Shown here one piece after another: positions 26,162-39,600 of a DNA stretch of 48,766 nucleotides. The stretch spans positions 21,659,766 to 21,708,531 of the forward strand of contig NC_069004.1 in assembly GCF_001194135.2 (NCBI RefSeq). The letters are read 5' to 3'. The notes beneath the pieces are model-generated. The model had not been told where the DNA came from and made no database searches. It saw only the letters and a program-made list of their open reading frames with translations. Position 1 is the stretch's first letter. Each line of letters begins with the position of its first letter. The DNA comes from Octopus bimaculoides. Lineage: Eukaryota. Made by a program: the position numbers and the translations under genes.

Positions 26162-27389
26162 TGAGAGAAAGAGAAAGGCTGACAAAATTAGAGAGAAAGC
26201 GGTCCCACCCTTTTGTTTTTGTCTATCAACTAAAAATATGCCAGTTTGCAGAAATTGATGTTAACAATGACATGGACATGATTATAATGATGACTGGTGA
26301 TGATGTTAATGTTGATGATGATGTGATTAATGATAATGCAGATATCGTTACTGATGATGTTAGTGATGATGATAATGATAACAATGATGATACCAGTGAT
26401 GTTGATGTTGAAGATAATAAATCTGTTAATATTGGTAGGGATACGATGATTGTTACGAGTAGCTTTAAGGGCAGTAGGTAGCTAGCAGAATTGTTAAAGC
26501 GCTGGAAAAATGCTTTGTGCTATTCATTCCGCTTCTTCACATTGTTAGTTGAAATCCTGTTGATGTGAACGTTGCCCTTCATCTTTCCAAGATTAACAAA
26601 GTAAAAAAAATCAGCCTAAATATTGGGTTTGAGGGTATTGCTGCCCTTGGGTCTGCAGTGAAAATATTTAGTGATCACCCAATGTTGTAATATGCTAGAA
26701 TACTACCCACATGATCAACAAAATCTGACCAATCACAACTTCACATCAAACAGACTCCAGTGACGATCTCGTCTTTTGGCATGATTCTTTCTGAGCTTAT
26801 CAATCAGCATAAATTTGATGCACCATGACTACTTGATGGAAAGCTTTGAGATGTAGCAGAGAGAACATTGACAGACACTATAGGAGTTGACCAACAGAGT
26901 GCTGACGGTGGACAGCAGCTGACAACAGAAAAGCAATGAACAGTCAGAGGATGAATGACATTTGAAGTCAGTAGTTAGCAAGCAACTAACAACACTTTAT
27001 CTGTTATTACAACAGCACCAAGAACAATAACATTCAAAACTCTCTCAATGTTTTGTCATTCACAGTAATAACATTCATTTTTTGTGTACAAAAAGAATAA
27101 AATTTTGCTGATCAAAAATCTCAACAGGCTCAAGTGTTCTTCGTATGGGCCTAAATCAGAAACCATTACATCCACTTATTACCATCATGTCAAGATTGTA
27201 AAATACCAGATCTATACAATTTCATTGTTTTTTCAATAAAACAGCTGATCAGGGACAAGGCATAACATACAAACTTACATAGAAATTGGTTTTTCTTCAA
27301 AACCAGAATGTTTTCTTAAAATTTCTACAAACAAATTACAACATTGTTTATGCCTAATTTCCTGTGAATTTGCATTTGGATGAGTTTCT

Positions 27390-27730
27390 TGGGAAGATCA
27401 TGAAGCAAGTTCCAGCAATATTCCACTATCATATGCAAGTCCTGTCTGCTTTGACTTTTACAAGCTGGTTCATAATGCCAAGTTTGATATGGGGTGGAGG
27501 TAGGATGATTTTTCCCAGTTAAACTATAGGCTCTTTAACCACATTAAAAGACTCTGGAACTAATATTCACTGTGGCTAGTCTTTGATTACCCAATGTTTT
27601 TCTCTGGCTCTGTTGTCCCACATACATAAAAAGCATGAGTATTTGGTATATCCACTTTGTCGCTCTTGGAGAAAATTGACCATTTTAAAGCCCACACATA
27701 TCACCCACTGATAGTAGTGAGGAGGATATC
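27390..27730 (-). pseudogene. Chapaev3-like (CMC superfamily) DNA transposase relic
   Basis: Hand translation: WVICVGFKMVNFLQERQSGYTKYSCFLCMWDNRAREKHW...KIILPPPHIKLGIMNQLVK, with 3 in-frame stops. Matches the GYTKxPCFLCxWD and LPPLHIKLG motifs I recall for Chapaev3 transposases. Confidence 0.8.
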
Positions 27731-28854
27731 TTGAAATCTAGACATAATAGTAAAAAATGGATTCCATTTTTGGATCCAGTATATCAAAAAAAACTCTGAA
27801 TCAAGTAAAAACAGCATAACAACAAAATATCTGTTCAATTGTGTAATTAACACTACACAGATGGCATAGTCAACAAAGTTGTAGTGTCGATCAACAACAA
27901 TGGGATGACACATATACAGAAATATGCCAGGGCAACACAAGACCCCTTTAAGGCCAGACTAAATAATAGCAAATCTTTTAGACTCCAAGAAAGATGTAAT
28001 ATTACACTTTACCAGGTATATACAGTGATTAAAAGGAGAAGAATGCCATATATCAACTAGAGCTAGCTGGAATATTCTGGGTCATATTTTAATGGAAGTA
28101 GAAGATGCAGACTGCTTCACAGAGAGGAGAAGCATTCTAAAATCTTCACACAATGTGGGTACATTTTTAAACTTGAAAAGTGAAATTTTCAGATGTTGCT
28201 CACATGAGCACAAAGTCATTTTGGGGACATGGTCATATCTGTGAACTAGGGAATGATATACATATACACAAATGCTTTACCTATGGCTGGCACCAATCCA
28301 TAGGGAATAATACTCCTTTTCCTCTTAAACTTCATAGTATTTTCAACTGTTTCATTCCACTTTTTGCCATCACCAAGCCAACATAGAGTCTATATTCCTC
28401 CAGCATAAAAGAAGGTATACACTTTTGGCTTGCATGTCTGATCAGTCATCAATACTGTCTAGTGGCAGTATTCAACATGAAACTGATGGTAACATTCTGA
28501 CCAGTTATATGCAAAATCAGCAATACACTGCTTGATAATACAAAGATATACCAGGTCTTTTTGAACACCCTGTAGATTACATATAACATAAATATGATGT
28601 ATAATATATCTTTACTTTTTACCTTCTACTTGTTTCAGTTACTGAACTGTGGCCATGCTGAGCCACCATCTTGAAGAAATCGACCCCAATACTGATTTCT
28701 TTTGCTGGAGTGAGACATAAACAAACCAATATTGGTTGTCAAGCAGTAGAGGGAACAAATACAAATATACACACATTCACACCCATCCACCTCACACACA
28801 CATACAGTGTTCAGGCTAAATCTAACAGTTTACATAAAAGGGAGAAAACATTAT

Positions 28855-29045
28855 GACTGAAACTTGATGCATGCATTCCTCGCTGTATCTCCTTAATCTT
28901 GGCCACCAGCTCAGTATTAGCATTGCAGAAAGAGTGGTTAGTGTCTTTTTCAACTATACTCCACACATTGTAATCCACCGGATTGTAATTGGGAGAATAA
29001 GGAGGCAGAAATTGAGGCTGGTGAAGTCATAGAAATTCTCCATCA
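28855..29045 (-). pseudogene. Tc1/mariner (maT/DD37D-like) transposase C-terminal fragment
   Basis: Hand translation across a frameshift: ENFYDFTS...YNPVDYNVWSIVEKDTN...ELVAKIKE, resembling SPDxNPxDYxVW. Confidence 0.55.
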
Positions 29046-29748
29046 ATTACTTCTGACTCTTTCTGGAAGTATAGCAAGGAGCTGGACCTAGCAGTAACCC
29101 TCTCCAGCTAGCTTCACATAGCTACTTTCATGGTCTCCAGTAGCTTTACATAGCCACCCTCACAATCTCCAGTACCTTCAGATAGCCATCTGAATTGAAC
29201 CTAAGTTTAAAAATATGGAGATGAATTCCAGTGTCTGCTATGTATTTTGCTACTGGTCACAGCTTCGTAGTTTCCATTGCAGCTGTCCATGTCATGGTTT
29301 ACAGCCTTTGCAGTCTCCACAGAGCATTGAGCAGCAGTCATGAAGCCATTTTGATACTGATGCAAATTATCATGATACAGGTAATTCTTTTCCAATATTC
29401 AGATGACACCCAGTTCCCTTATGTCAGCTAACTTTTTCTCAATTACAATTTTAATATTTATGCTCTCCAACACTGTTGACTGTTCACCAATACATCAAAC
29501 TGTTCCTGAAAAAAGGGGACATAAAAAATTGTCAAAACACTGTGTGTATGTGTGTGTGTGTGTGTGTGAGTGTGTGTGTATACACGCACACAGTTTTCAT
29601 CTACCAAATCACTCGCAAATCATTGGTCAGTTTGGGGCTATAATAGAAGATACTTGCCCAAGGTGCTGCACAGTAGGACTGAACCTGAAACCACATGATT
29701 ATATATTCTATACATTTGGATTTATAAACAGAAGGAAAGAATTACCCA

Positions 29749-29792
<44 letters not shown>

Positions 29793-30819
29793 TATTCTTT
29801 ATTCATAAGAATATATAATTTATAGTGAAGTGGAATCAAATAATATTTTGAAAGTATTTGTATAATATATAACAGGAAATACATCCATTATGCAACATAT
29901 GAAATGATTTCAAAATATCAATAATTGGTTTGACTTCACTGTTATAATTTATACGACCTGATGCCAGTACAAACTAGCCTGTCCCAACTCCATTAACATG
30001 ATACTCTAAACAATATATATTCATATATTATATAGTCTTTAGGGTGCTGCTATGAAAGAATGCAATGTTTTAGGCATTTTATGGCTGGTGGTACCCATCC
30101 CTCAACTCATCTGAACACACCTGATTTCTTCTGGAGGGAATGGGCTTACGTAAGGTCAGCAAACTCAAACAATCAATTAGTTTACATCAACTCTGATATT
30201 AGTCAATACATTTGTATGATATCACCTTAAAGTAACATGTGTCAACTGATTTATTTAGCATAAATGTAGCATGAGGTGTGGAAAGGAGACCAGCTGGTAA
30301 GGACAACTACAACAGTAACTGAAAAATAAATATTCAGTCGTTGACTTTCATATATATATATATATATATATATACATACAGGGAGAGACTGTGCATGTGT
30401 GTGTGTATGCATGTGTAATACATACATTATCATGAATTAAATTAAATTGGTTCAAACCATCATTAATTAATGTGTATGCAGTGACTGAGGAAATTTCCAG
30501 TAAGTGAGGAGTGTTTTAAGTACATGACTGATCTTATGAATGAAAAGCTATGCTAACTAGCACACCTACTTTTCTTTCTTTACACACAATAACTATCCTA
30601 CCACCAACACACCACCTACTCTATGCTAATATTTCCTGGTTGTATGCAAATTAGCACAGATGCTAATAATACGGTGAATGAAAAGTACCAGTTCACACCT
30701 ATCGACATAAGCTAAGATGTTTACATCAGCATTTATTAAAAGATATTCTCTAATTAAATAAATGCTGTTTTAGTTTTAATTCTATGTTGTTGTTTTCTAA
30801 ACAATCTTTCAAGAGTGGG

Positions 30820-31205
30820 AATAATAAATACGTGGCTGTGTGGTAAGGAGTTTGCTTCCCAACCACATGGTCCCGGGTTCAGTCCCACTGCATGGTACTT
30901 TGGATAAGTGTCTTCTACAATAATCTTGGGTTGACCAAAGCCTTGTGAGTGGATTTGGTAGATGGAAACTGAAAGAAGCCTGTCGTGTGTGTGTGTGTGT
31001 GTGTGTCTTAGTCCCCCACCACCACTTGACAACTAGTGTTAGTGTGCTTATGTCTCTGTAACTTAGCAGTTTGGTAAAATGGATCGACAGAATAAGTATG
31101 AGGCTTAAAAAAAAGTACTGGGATTGCTTCATTCGACTACAAAAAATTCTCCAAGGTGGTGCCCCCAGCATGGCTGCAGTCTGGTAACTGAAACAAGTAA
31201 AAGAT
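30820..31205 (+). mobile_element. SINE family A, full length
   Basis: Head, (TG)n and tail ending gaaacaagtaaaagataaaag. Confidence 0.9.
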
Positions 31206-32543
31206 AAAAGAAAAATAGATTTATTGAGAGATATTCTTTGATAAAAATAAATGCTGAAAAGATGCCCATCGTGTGTGTGTGTGTGTGTGTGTGTGTACAC
31301 ACACACTTTTGTCTTGGCATCACATGATGGTTGTAAATGGATATCATCATCATACAAGTGAGATTGTTTTCAGTCTTCTATGATAAAATGTGTCCTGGTA
31401 ACAGAAAATATTACCTTGCTTGGAAACAAATGAAGGTTGACAACAGGAAAGGCAACCAGCTGTAAAAAATCTGCCTCAACAAATTCTGTTTGACCAATGC
31501 AAGCATAGAAGAGTGGACATATGGTGATGATGAAAATATAAATTATCTGTTAAGATTATTTTTATGTATATGCTGTTTGGATGTTGAGTCTCATGGAGGT
31601 GATGTCAAATGGCTGAGACTTTTTGTGATTTGCTGTGCTTGTGAGGACACATCGAGTTAAGTGAAATTGTAGTCGTAGCCAGTTCCGATGACCTGTAAAA
31701 GGCAACTGTGCCAGTGACAAGTAAGAGGCACCTGTGCTGGTGACACATAAAATGTACCCTTGACGGTGACACATAAAAGATACCCATGATGGTGACATGT
31801 AAAAGGCACCCAGAACATTCTACAGAATGGTTGGCATTAGGAAGGTCATCCAGCCATAGAAACCAAGCCAGAACAGAATGGAGCCAGTATACCAGTTCCA
31901 GTCAAACCATCTAACCCATGCCAGCATAGAAAACAGACACCAACTGATGATGAAACATGAGTCTGAAACAGTAAATAGCAATAGATTATTATAACTGCAA
32001 TAGATTATAGTAATCTATCAATCACTTAGTGATGTTTGCAATGAAAAGTAACTTCATAAATAAGATCATGAATGAACTGCAAAGATTCTAATGATATCAT
32101 ATATTCTAATTTTAGACAAAACAAAGAAAGACAGACAGGATTTGAAACCATGTATCTTCCACTTATCTGGTGACCATTTACTAATTACACTACAATCCCT
32201 TTTCTCAAATTAAATATGAACTTTTTTCTGCTAACTTCCAAGCCCCAATGAAACTAACTCCTTTTTAAGTACATCAGCACAATAACTGACTTATAATGTA
32301 GATTATGAATCAACAAAGATGAAAAACTGCTGTGGTTAATACATTGTGAGGAGTATAATCTACAAGACTGTATGGAGAATACAAGGCTATGAACATGAAA
32401 TTAGTTCCTGTGTTGCCTGGTCTGTTCATTTCCATATGAGTACCTTCATTCAGTCATCTCCATATGAATACCTGCAACAGCTGGAGATTTACCTGATGAG
32501 AGAGTGGGATTATGTACAAGGAGAGTTTTGAAATTTCAGCCAC

Positions 32544-32760
32544 TTAACCCTTTAGAGTTCACATTTCTCTGTCAAATGTAATGCTTATTTATTCACATTG
32601 TTTTGAATTAATCATCCATTATCATGTAGCTTTGAGATTTTGATGAGGTGAGCTTTTTGAATGATATTGTAAGGTTGGTGTAAGAGATCACATCTGACCA
32701 GTTTGAACATAAAACAGAATATTTTGTTCAGATATGGCTGGTTAAAATCTGACCTAATGA
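32544..32760. mobile_element. piggyBac-like MITE with a degraded right end
   Basis: Left end TTAA-CCCTTTAG; right TIR not clean. Confidence 0.5.
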
Positions 32761-33699
32761 GTCTATACATCTGAGACAGATTTTAACTTGATGTTAACAT
32801 CTGAAACATATCACAGTCATGTATATAATTTCTTTTCTTGTTTTGCAAGATACTTGATGATTTCACTAGTGCTGGTGGCATGAAAAATGACCCCAGCACA
32901 TACTGTAAAGGGACTGGTGTCAAGAAGAGCATCCAGCTATAGAAACCAAATTTAGGAAAGGTGTTAGTTGATGAAGATTAACTCTAGTTCCTGATTGGTG
33001 CTTTACTGATGCTAGAATGAGAGAGAGTTGATATGTAATTTAAATCCAGATTATAAAGAACCATATTGTTGACAATTTCTTACATTGATTCTAAGACAGT
33101 ATTCCTCTTTTCCATACAATAGAAATTAGGATTCTGAAAAACTTTTTTTCAAAATATTTCAATTTTTTCTTGCATTTTTGCTACCCAACCACCCACTTTC
33201 ACACCCCTTTCCTTTCCCATGAGGGATGAGACTTCAAGAATCAAGAAACAATTATTCTAAAACTCCCCACAATACTAAATGCAAAAAAGTTGCATATTTT
33301 TTTAAAAGAAATCAATTTACACAATCCCTGCAGCCTACTAGTACTATTTCATCCATACCTGAAGGCTAAGTGACCAGACAATGTTGTCATGAAAAAATAT
33401 ACATGAGCAACAGAGGCAGTATCAATACCATGAGGTAATATTTATCCCCACTCAAACATGAATGTTCCATTAGAACAAACTATACTGTGGTAGATACAAT
33501 GAGAGAGACTCTCTTGTTGGCTTTTGGTGCAAACTCTCTTTCAGTGAAAATGTTGACATTGTATCTTTTTTTTTTTTTTTCAGATTTTAAACACTTCGAG
33601 AAAGAGCTTTTGTCCACTAATTGGTGAGGTAATTTCAGTTGAACAAAACTTTTCATTTCACTATATTACATATGTGTGTGTGTTTTACATAATTATACA

Positions 33700-34090
33700 G
33701 CTTTTATCTTTCACTTGTTTCAGTCATTCGGTTGTGATTATGCTGGGGTACCACCTTGAAGAACTTGTAGTCAAATGTATCAACCCCAGTACTGATTTTT
33801 TTAAAGCCTGGTACTGATTCTATCAATCTCTTTTGCCAAACTGCTGAGTTACAGGGACATAATCACACCAGCACCAATTGTCAAGTGGAGAGAGGGGTTT
33901 GACAAAGACACAGAAACACACATATATGACAGGCTTCTTTCAGTTTCCATCTACCAAATCCACTCACAAGGCTTTGGTCGGCCCAAGGCTGTAAGAGAAG
34001 ATACTTGCCCAAAGTGCCATGCACTGGGACTGAACATAGAAGCATGTGGTTGGAAAGTAAACTTCTTACCATACAACCACACCTGTGTCT
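33700..34090 (-). mobile_element. SINE family A, full length
   Basis: Reverse-complement homologue of 30820-31205. Confidence 0.9.
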
Positions 34091-34524
34091 ATATAGTGCA
34101 ATTTAAATTTAAATTGCATCACATGACAGTATTTAGAACTCCATGTGCATCTCTTTTCAATGATTTTCATATATCACAGAGAGCATACAGAAAAAAATAC
34201 AAAACTGGAAAGTTGGTTCTTAAATTATTCAATCATGTTATATCTAACATGTTTTTCTTAAACAATAATATGTTATATAATGAAGAACCTTTTTAAAGTA
34301 GATTACATTATCAAATCTTCAGAGATTGCCTAACAAATGTAAATAACTTTTAAGACATTTAGTGGACATCAGACAGAATTATACAATCAATGAACATAAC
34401 AAGATGATGTAATTTGCTTATAAGGCTTTAAGTCTTTAATGCAACACATATAAAATGACATACCTAATTACTTTACAAACTCTCCAGTTTTGTTTTAAAC
34501 AAACATACATACATTATATATATA

Positions 34525-34882
34525 TATTATTCTTTTACTTGGTTCAGTCATTTGACTGTAGCCATGCTGAAGCACTGTCTTAAAGAGTGTTAGTTAAAGA
34601 AACTGACCCCAGGACTTATTCTTTGTAAGCTAAGTACTTATTCTATCAATCGCTTTTGCTGAACTGTTAAGTTATAGGGACATAAAGACACCAGCATCAG
34701 CTGTTAAGTGATGGGGGGGGGGACAAACACAGACACACAAATATATACATACATGACAGGCTTCTTCCAGTTTCATTCTACCAAATCCACTCACAAGGCT
34801 TTGGTTGGCCCGAGGTTATAGTAGGACTGAACCTGGAACCATGTGGTTGGAAAGCAAGTTTCTTACCACACAGCCAAGCCTG

Positions 34883-34885
<3 letters not shown>
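34525..34885 (-). mobile_element. SINE family A, full length
   Basis: Same structure as the other family A copies; abuts (TA)n and a gap. Confidence 0.9.
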
Positions 34886-34924
<39 letters not shown>

Positions 34925-35860
34925 NNNNNNNNNNNNNNNNNNNNNNNNNNNNNNNNNNNNNNNNNNNNNNNNNNNNNNNNNNNNNNNNNNNNNNNNNNNN
35001 NNNNNNNNNNNNNNNNNNNNNNNNNNNNNNNNNNNNNNNNNNNNNNNNNNNNNNNNNNNNNNNNNNNNNNNNNNNNNNNNNNNNNNNNNNNNNNNNNNNN
35101 NNNNNNNNNNNNNNNNNNNNNNNNNNNNNNNNNNNNNNNNNNNNNNNNNNNNNNNNNNNNNNNNNNNNNNNNNNNNNNNNNNNNNNNNNNNNNNNNNNNN
35201 NNNNNNNNNNNNNNNNNNNNNNNNNNNNNNNNNNNNNNNNNNNNNNNNNNNNNNNNNNNNNNNNNNNNNNNNNNNNNNNNNNNNNNNNNNNNNNNNNNNN
35301 NNNNNNNNNNNNNNNNNNNNNNNNNNNNNNNNNNNNNNNNNNNNNNNNNNNNNNNNNNNNNNNNNNNNNNNNNNNNNNNNNNNNNNNNNNNNNNNNNNNN
35401 NNNNNNNNNNNNNNNNNNNNNNNNNNNNNNNNNNNNNNNNNNNNNNNNNNNNNNNNNNNNNNNNNNNNNNNNNNNNNNNNNNNNNNNNNNNNNNNNNNNN
35501 NNNNNNNNNNNNNNNNNNNNNNNNNNNNNNNNNNNNNNNNNNNNNNNNNNNNNNNNNNNNNNNNNNNNNNNNNNNNNNNNNNNNNNNNNNNNNNNNNNNN
35601 NNNNNNNNNNNNNNNNNNNNNNNNNNNNNNNNNNNNNNNNNNNNNNNNNNNNNNNNNNNNNNNNNNNNNNNNNNNNNNNNNNNNNNNNNNNNNNNNNNNN
35701 NNNNNNNNNNNNNNNNNNNNNNNNNNNNNNNNNNNNNNNNNNNNNNNNNNNNNNNNNNNNNNNNNNNNNNNNNNNNNNNNNNNNNNNNNNNNNNNNNNNN
35801 NNNNNNNNNNNNNNNNNNNNNNNNNNNNNNNNNNNNNNNNNNNNNNNNNNNNNNNNNNNN
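34925..35860. other. Assembly gap (936 N)
   Basis: N run after (TA)n. Confidence 1.
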
Positions 35861-36065
35861 TTTCGTGCGGGTGACACGTAAAAGCACCCACTACACTCTC
35901 TGAGTGGTTGGCGTTAGGAAGGGCATCCAGCTGTAGAAACTCTGCCAAATTAGACTGGAGCCTGGTGTTGCCATCCGGTTTCACCAGTCCTCAGTCAAAT
36001 CGTCCAACCCATGCTAGCATGGAAAGCGGACGTTAAACGATGATGATGATGATGATGATGATGAT
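35861..36065 (+). mobile_element. SINE-like repeat family D with (GAT)n tail, young copy
   Basis: gtggttggcgttaggaagggcatccagctgtagaaac...ccaacccatgctagcatggaaagcggacgttaaacgatgatg. Older copies at 6575-6840, 31640-31950 and 46900-47105. Confidence 0.8.
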
Positions 36066-37005
36066 ATATATATATATATCACACACATACATAGCAGAAA
36101 GCATTTTGTTTCTTACTTCATCTAATTCTTCTAAAAATAAAAACCTTTAATGAAAAATATTGAATGAAAGATTTCTTCAGTTAAATGCACAATCAGCTCC
36201 AATAGTGTTTTTGTTTTCCTTTTAAAATGGTTTCAAGTATAGGATCATGGCCGTACAGGGTCATTACCTTCAATAGAGTAAAGCTGATAGTTTCTACCTC
36301 TTTAAGGCTGACTGGTGTCTAAAAAACAAACAAACTTTGAGGATTGCCAAGACTCTGATTACAGAGAATTACTGGTATTTACTGTGTTGTTTTTAGTCAA
36401 ATAATAGTGGATGGTAAAATCAGTTGAGTACTGGATGAAATATGTTATATGTCTTCATGTGCAGAATTCACATCTCGCCTGAGTTGATGACTTTCCATCC
36501 TTGTATTGAAGGTGGTGCCCCAGCATGGCCACAATCCAGTGATTGAGACCATTCAAAGCAAAAGGCAAAAAAACAAAAAAGCAAACAAAAACACTAGCTG
36601 AGCTGATTATACATTCAGCAAATGAAATGCAACAAACTGCAGCTAAACCTTCCTCAGACTCATATTCTTCAGTCTTAATGAGCAGACAAACACATTGGAT
36701 GATGCTGCCCTGGACAAAATATATCTAAGAAGAAAAAGAGACGCAATGATCACAGCTGGAATAAGTTTTGATCATAGGTTTACTTGGAGCTGACCTGGGG
36801 CTAAATATCATCTTTAGAAAAAACAAAAAGTGGAATCATAATGGTTAGAATAGTCTTAGATCAAAGGGCTTCTCAAAAAGGCCTGACCTGGAGCAACAAC
36901 ATGTCAAAGGGAAAATAACTGGAAAGACTACAAATGGAATGATTGTTGCTTCAAGAGATCTCACCTGGAGTTAACCAGCAATGATATAAGATTACTGATT
37001 CTTAA

Positions 37006-37203
37006 TCCTTAGCCTGCCCTGTGTATCATATGTGACACATATTTCCCTGATGTTCAAGCATCATATATGATATACATTATTTGTTATCATCTGCCAGAGT
37101 AACTTGGAAAACTTAATATCACTCAAAACTTATGAGACAAGGGTTAACTAAAAACATGAAAACAAGCATGGACATTTAGGACAAACTTTGGACAGGCAAA
37201 GGG
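37006..37203. mobile_element. piggyBac-like MITE
   Basis: TTAA at 37002-37005 and 37204-37207. TIR tccttagcctgccc versus rc ccctttgcctgtcc. Confidence 0.75.
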
Positions 37204-37239
37204 TTAAGGACCTTATAAAAAATCCCATCTTTTACTTAC

Positions 37240-37324
37240 CTTGTTGACAAATACACTTTCTAAGTAATGCTGTTTTAAACATCTGAAGAAATTTCCCATG
37301 TCGTATTTTTTTCTTTTTATCCAT
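37240..37324 (-). CDS. Candidate alternative first coding exon (MDKKKKIRHGKFLQMFKTALLRKCICQQ+G)
   Basis: ATG in agaATGG context with an in-frame TAG 12 nt upstream; 28 codons plus 1 nt; perfect AAG|gtaagt donor; phase 1 matches the 22233 acceptor. No homology support. Confidence 0.5.
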
Positions 37325-38619
37325 TCTTTCTCTCTATCCCTCACACTACTATTTCTGTAAGACTTTTTCCTGCTCCCCTGGTTGTCCTTATCCTCTGGTA
37401 TATCTGTCCAGGTTTGTCTTTACAAAGATGAACTACTTCTGTATTTCGAATATACTATGTTAAAGTTAAAACTAACACAGTATATATGTGTGTGTGTGTG
37501 TGTGTATGTGTGTGTTTGTGTGTCTGTATTACTTTTATATAACAGCAAAGCAGACAGGTGGTACTTGGGTTTGTTGAGCTGAATGGTTTTTATTCCTTCT
37601 TGCTAGTAACGAATCAACAACATAATATCCAGCTGGGAGATGTGTGTTATGTATGTTTGTAACAATGTGTGTAAGTGTGTGTGTCTATAAGAGTGTCATG
37701 GTATGCGAGTCTGTATGTTTATGAAGGTGTGTGCCTGTGAGAAAGAGGGAGAGAGAGATCATTATTATATATGCGTATGTGTGTGAGTGAAGACAATATG
37801 ACATATACATCACCACTCCCTGTGGTGATGTCTGTCTTGTCTCACCATAAATGAAAATAAACAACAGCCGGCTTGTGGCTAAGCAAATGTTAATAAGTGT
37901 GTGGTGTGTGTTAGGATATGTTCAAGTATATATATGGGTGTGTGTGTGTGTGTGTGTGTTAAGGTGGTTGGGTGTATGCATGTCTGTAAGGGTAGATGTC
38001 TATGTATTAGGGTGTGTGTGTGTGTGTGTGTGTTGTGTTCGCATCCATGTGTATGTATATAAATATGTTGGAACTTATATACATTAGTAAATATATGTTT
38101 GATATAAGGACTAATAAAACTTTATAGTAGTTACAATAATAAATATTGTTGTAGTTTTTGTTGTTGTATACAAGATGTGGATCTCGGATCTAATTGTCGT
38201 TGTCAGTAAATTAGCTGGTCTAATAATGTTGTTAATGTTGCTGTTGCTATTACTGTAGTAATTATTATTGATGTTGTTGATAATGTTGTTGTAATTGTTG
38301 TTGTGACATGCAGGTGTGCTCCACTGAATTTGTTTCCTCATAACTTCCAGAAAAATAGATATTTCTTAATGAAATTTTCTACAAATACTTTTCAGATGGT
38401 GAAGATTATGATTACACCAGAATTAGATTACTGGTTACCTTTTACTTGTTTCAGTAATTAAGACCCCAGTACTTTTTTATTTTAGTTAAGCCTGGTACTT
38501 GTTCTATTGTTTCTTTTGCTGAGACACTAAGTTACAGGACATAAACAAACCAACATTGGTTGTCAAGCGGTGGTGGGAGAGAAACACGTACACACACATG
38601 CGTGTGTGTGTATTCCTTT

Positions 38620-39600
38620 TCTGCTTTTTTTTTTGGAATCCGGGTTTTGTCCCCATTAACAGGGGTGGCCAGATCTACCTCAGTGATATAGCAACTGCCC
38701 TCACACCATCTCGCCCATTTTTGGAAGTCCTCCCTTCTCAAGCCAACCCTCCCAATCTCCTCCTCCACTTGTCCCCTCCACATTTTCCTCAGTCTACCTC
38801 GCTTTCACAGTCCATTTACCTCAACCACAATCACCCTCCTCAAAGCATGCTCCTCATCCCTCCTCAACACATGCCCATACCACCACACTCCATTCACCCT
38901 TGCCAGCTGTTCTACCGATTCTTCCAACCCCAGCATCCCCATCAGGTCCTCAGTCCTATTATCAAACAGCTTCACTCCACACATTTCTCTCACCATTGCT
39001 CTCTCAGTCCTTCTCAAAATTACCATCTCTCTCCCTCTCAGACACCATGTCTCACTCCCATACAGCACTGCAGTTCTCATGCAACTCCTATAGACCCTTC
39101 CTTTCATCTTCAATGAGAATCTTCTCCCATATAACAACACTCTACATTCCCTGAACTTCATCCAGCCTAGGTCTCGTTCTTGCTGTCACAGCTACTTCAC
39201 ATCCACCACCTACATCTACCCTATCTCCCAAATAACAAAACCTTCTCACTGTCTCCACCTCGTCACATAGTGTTTCCACTGGTTCCACCAGCCATCCAGC
39301 TCCTTTCTCACATCTTCCACAAACAAACTCTCTTGCCAGTCTTGGGGGGGTCACCTTCTTCATTTTCGTGCATCTACCATGAATCCATTTCTCACATCTC
39401 ATACACAACACCACATTTGCCATTACCCTCCTCCCACATACACCACATGGATCCACCTTACACACTAACACTTCTCCTTCCACCCCACTCACCATCACTT
39501 TTGTCTTCCCAAGGTTTACCTTCAAACCCTCACTTTCAAATGCTTCCTTCCATTTCCAAAACTTCTCCCTCAATACCTCTATATACAATAGTGTAAGCAT
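38620..39600 (-). mobile_element. RTE-clade LINE fragment (RT C-terminal half, Cys-rich insert, thumb and tail)
   Basis: Overlapping ORFs 39142..39600 and 38805..39161, joined by a frameshift: GLKVNLGKTKVM, FCYLGD, KFRE, LYGSETW, WYGHV. Confidence 0.93.

Noticed and set aside
26119-26481. 120-aa RE- and D/N-rich ORF
   Set aside because: It is built from (GA)n and degenerate (GAT)n repeats.
28555-28574. Tc1-type end (rc TACAGGGTGTTCAAAAAG)
   Set aside because: No matching partner TIR was found, so the element cannot be delimited.
34778-35984. Long 340-370 aa ORFs (also 5898-6389 and 24876-25274)
   Set aside because: They are artefacts of reading through N gaps.
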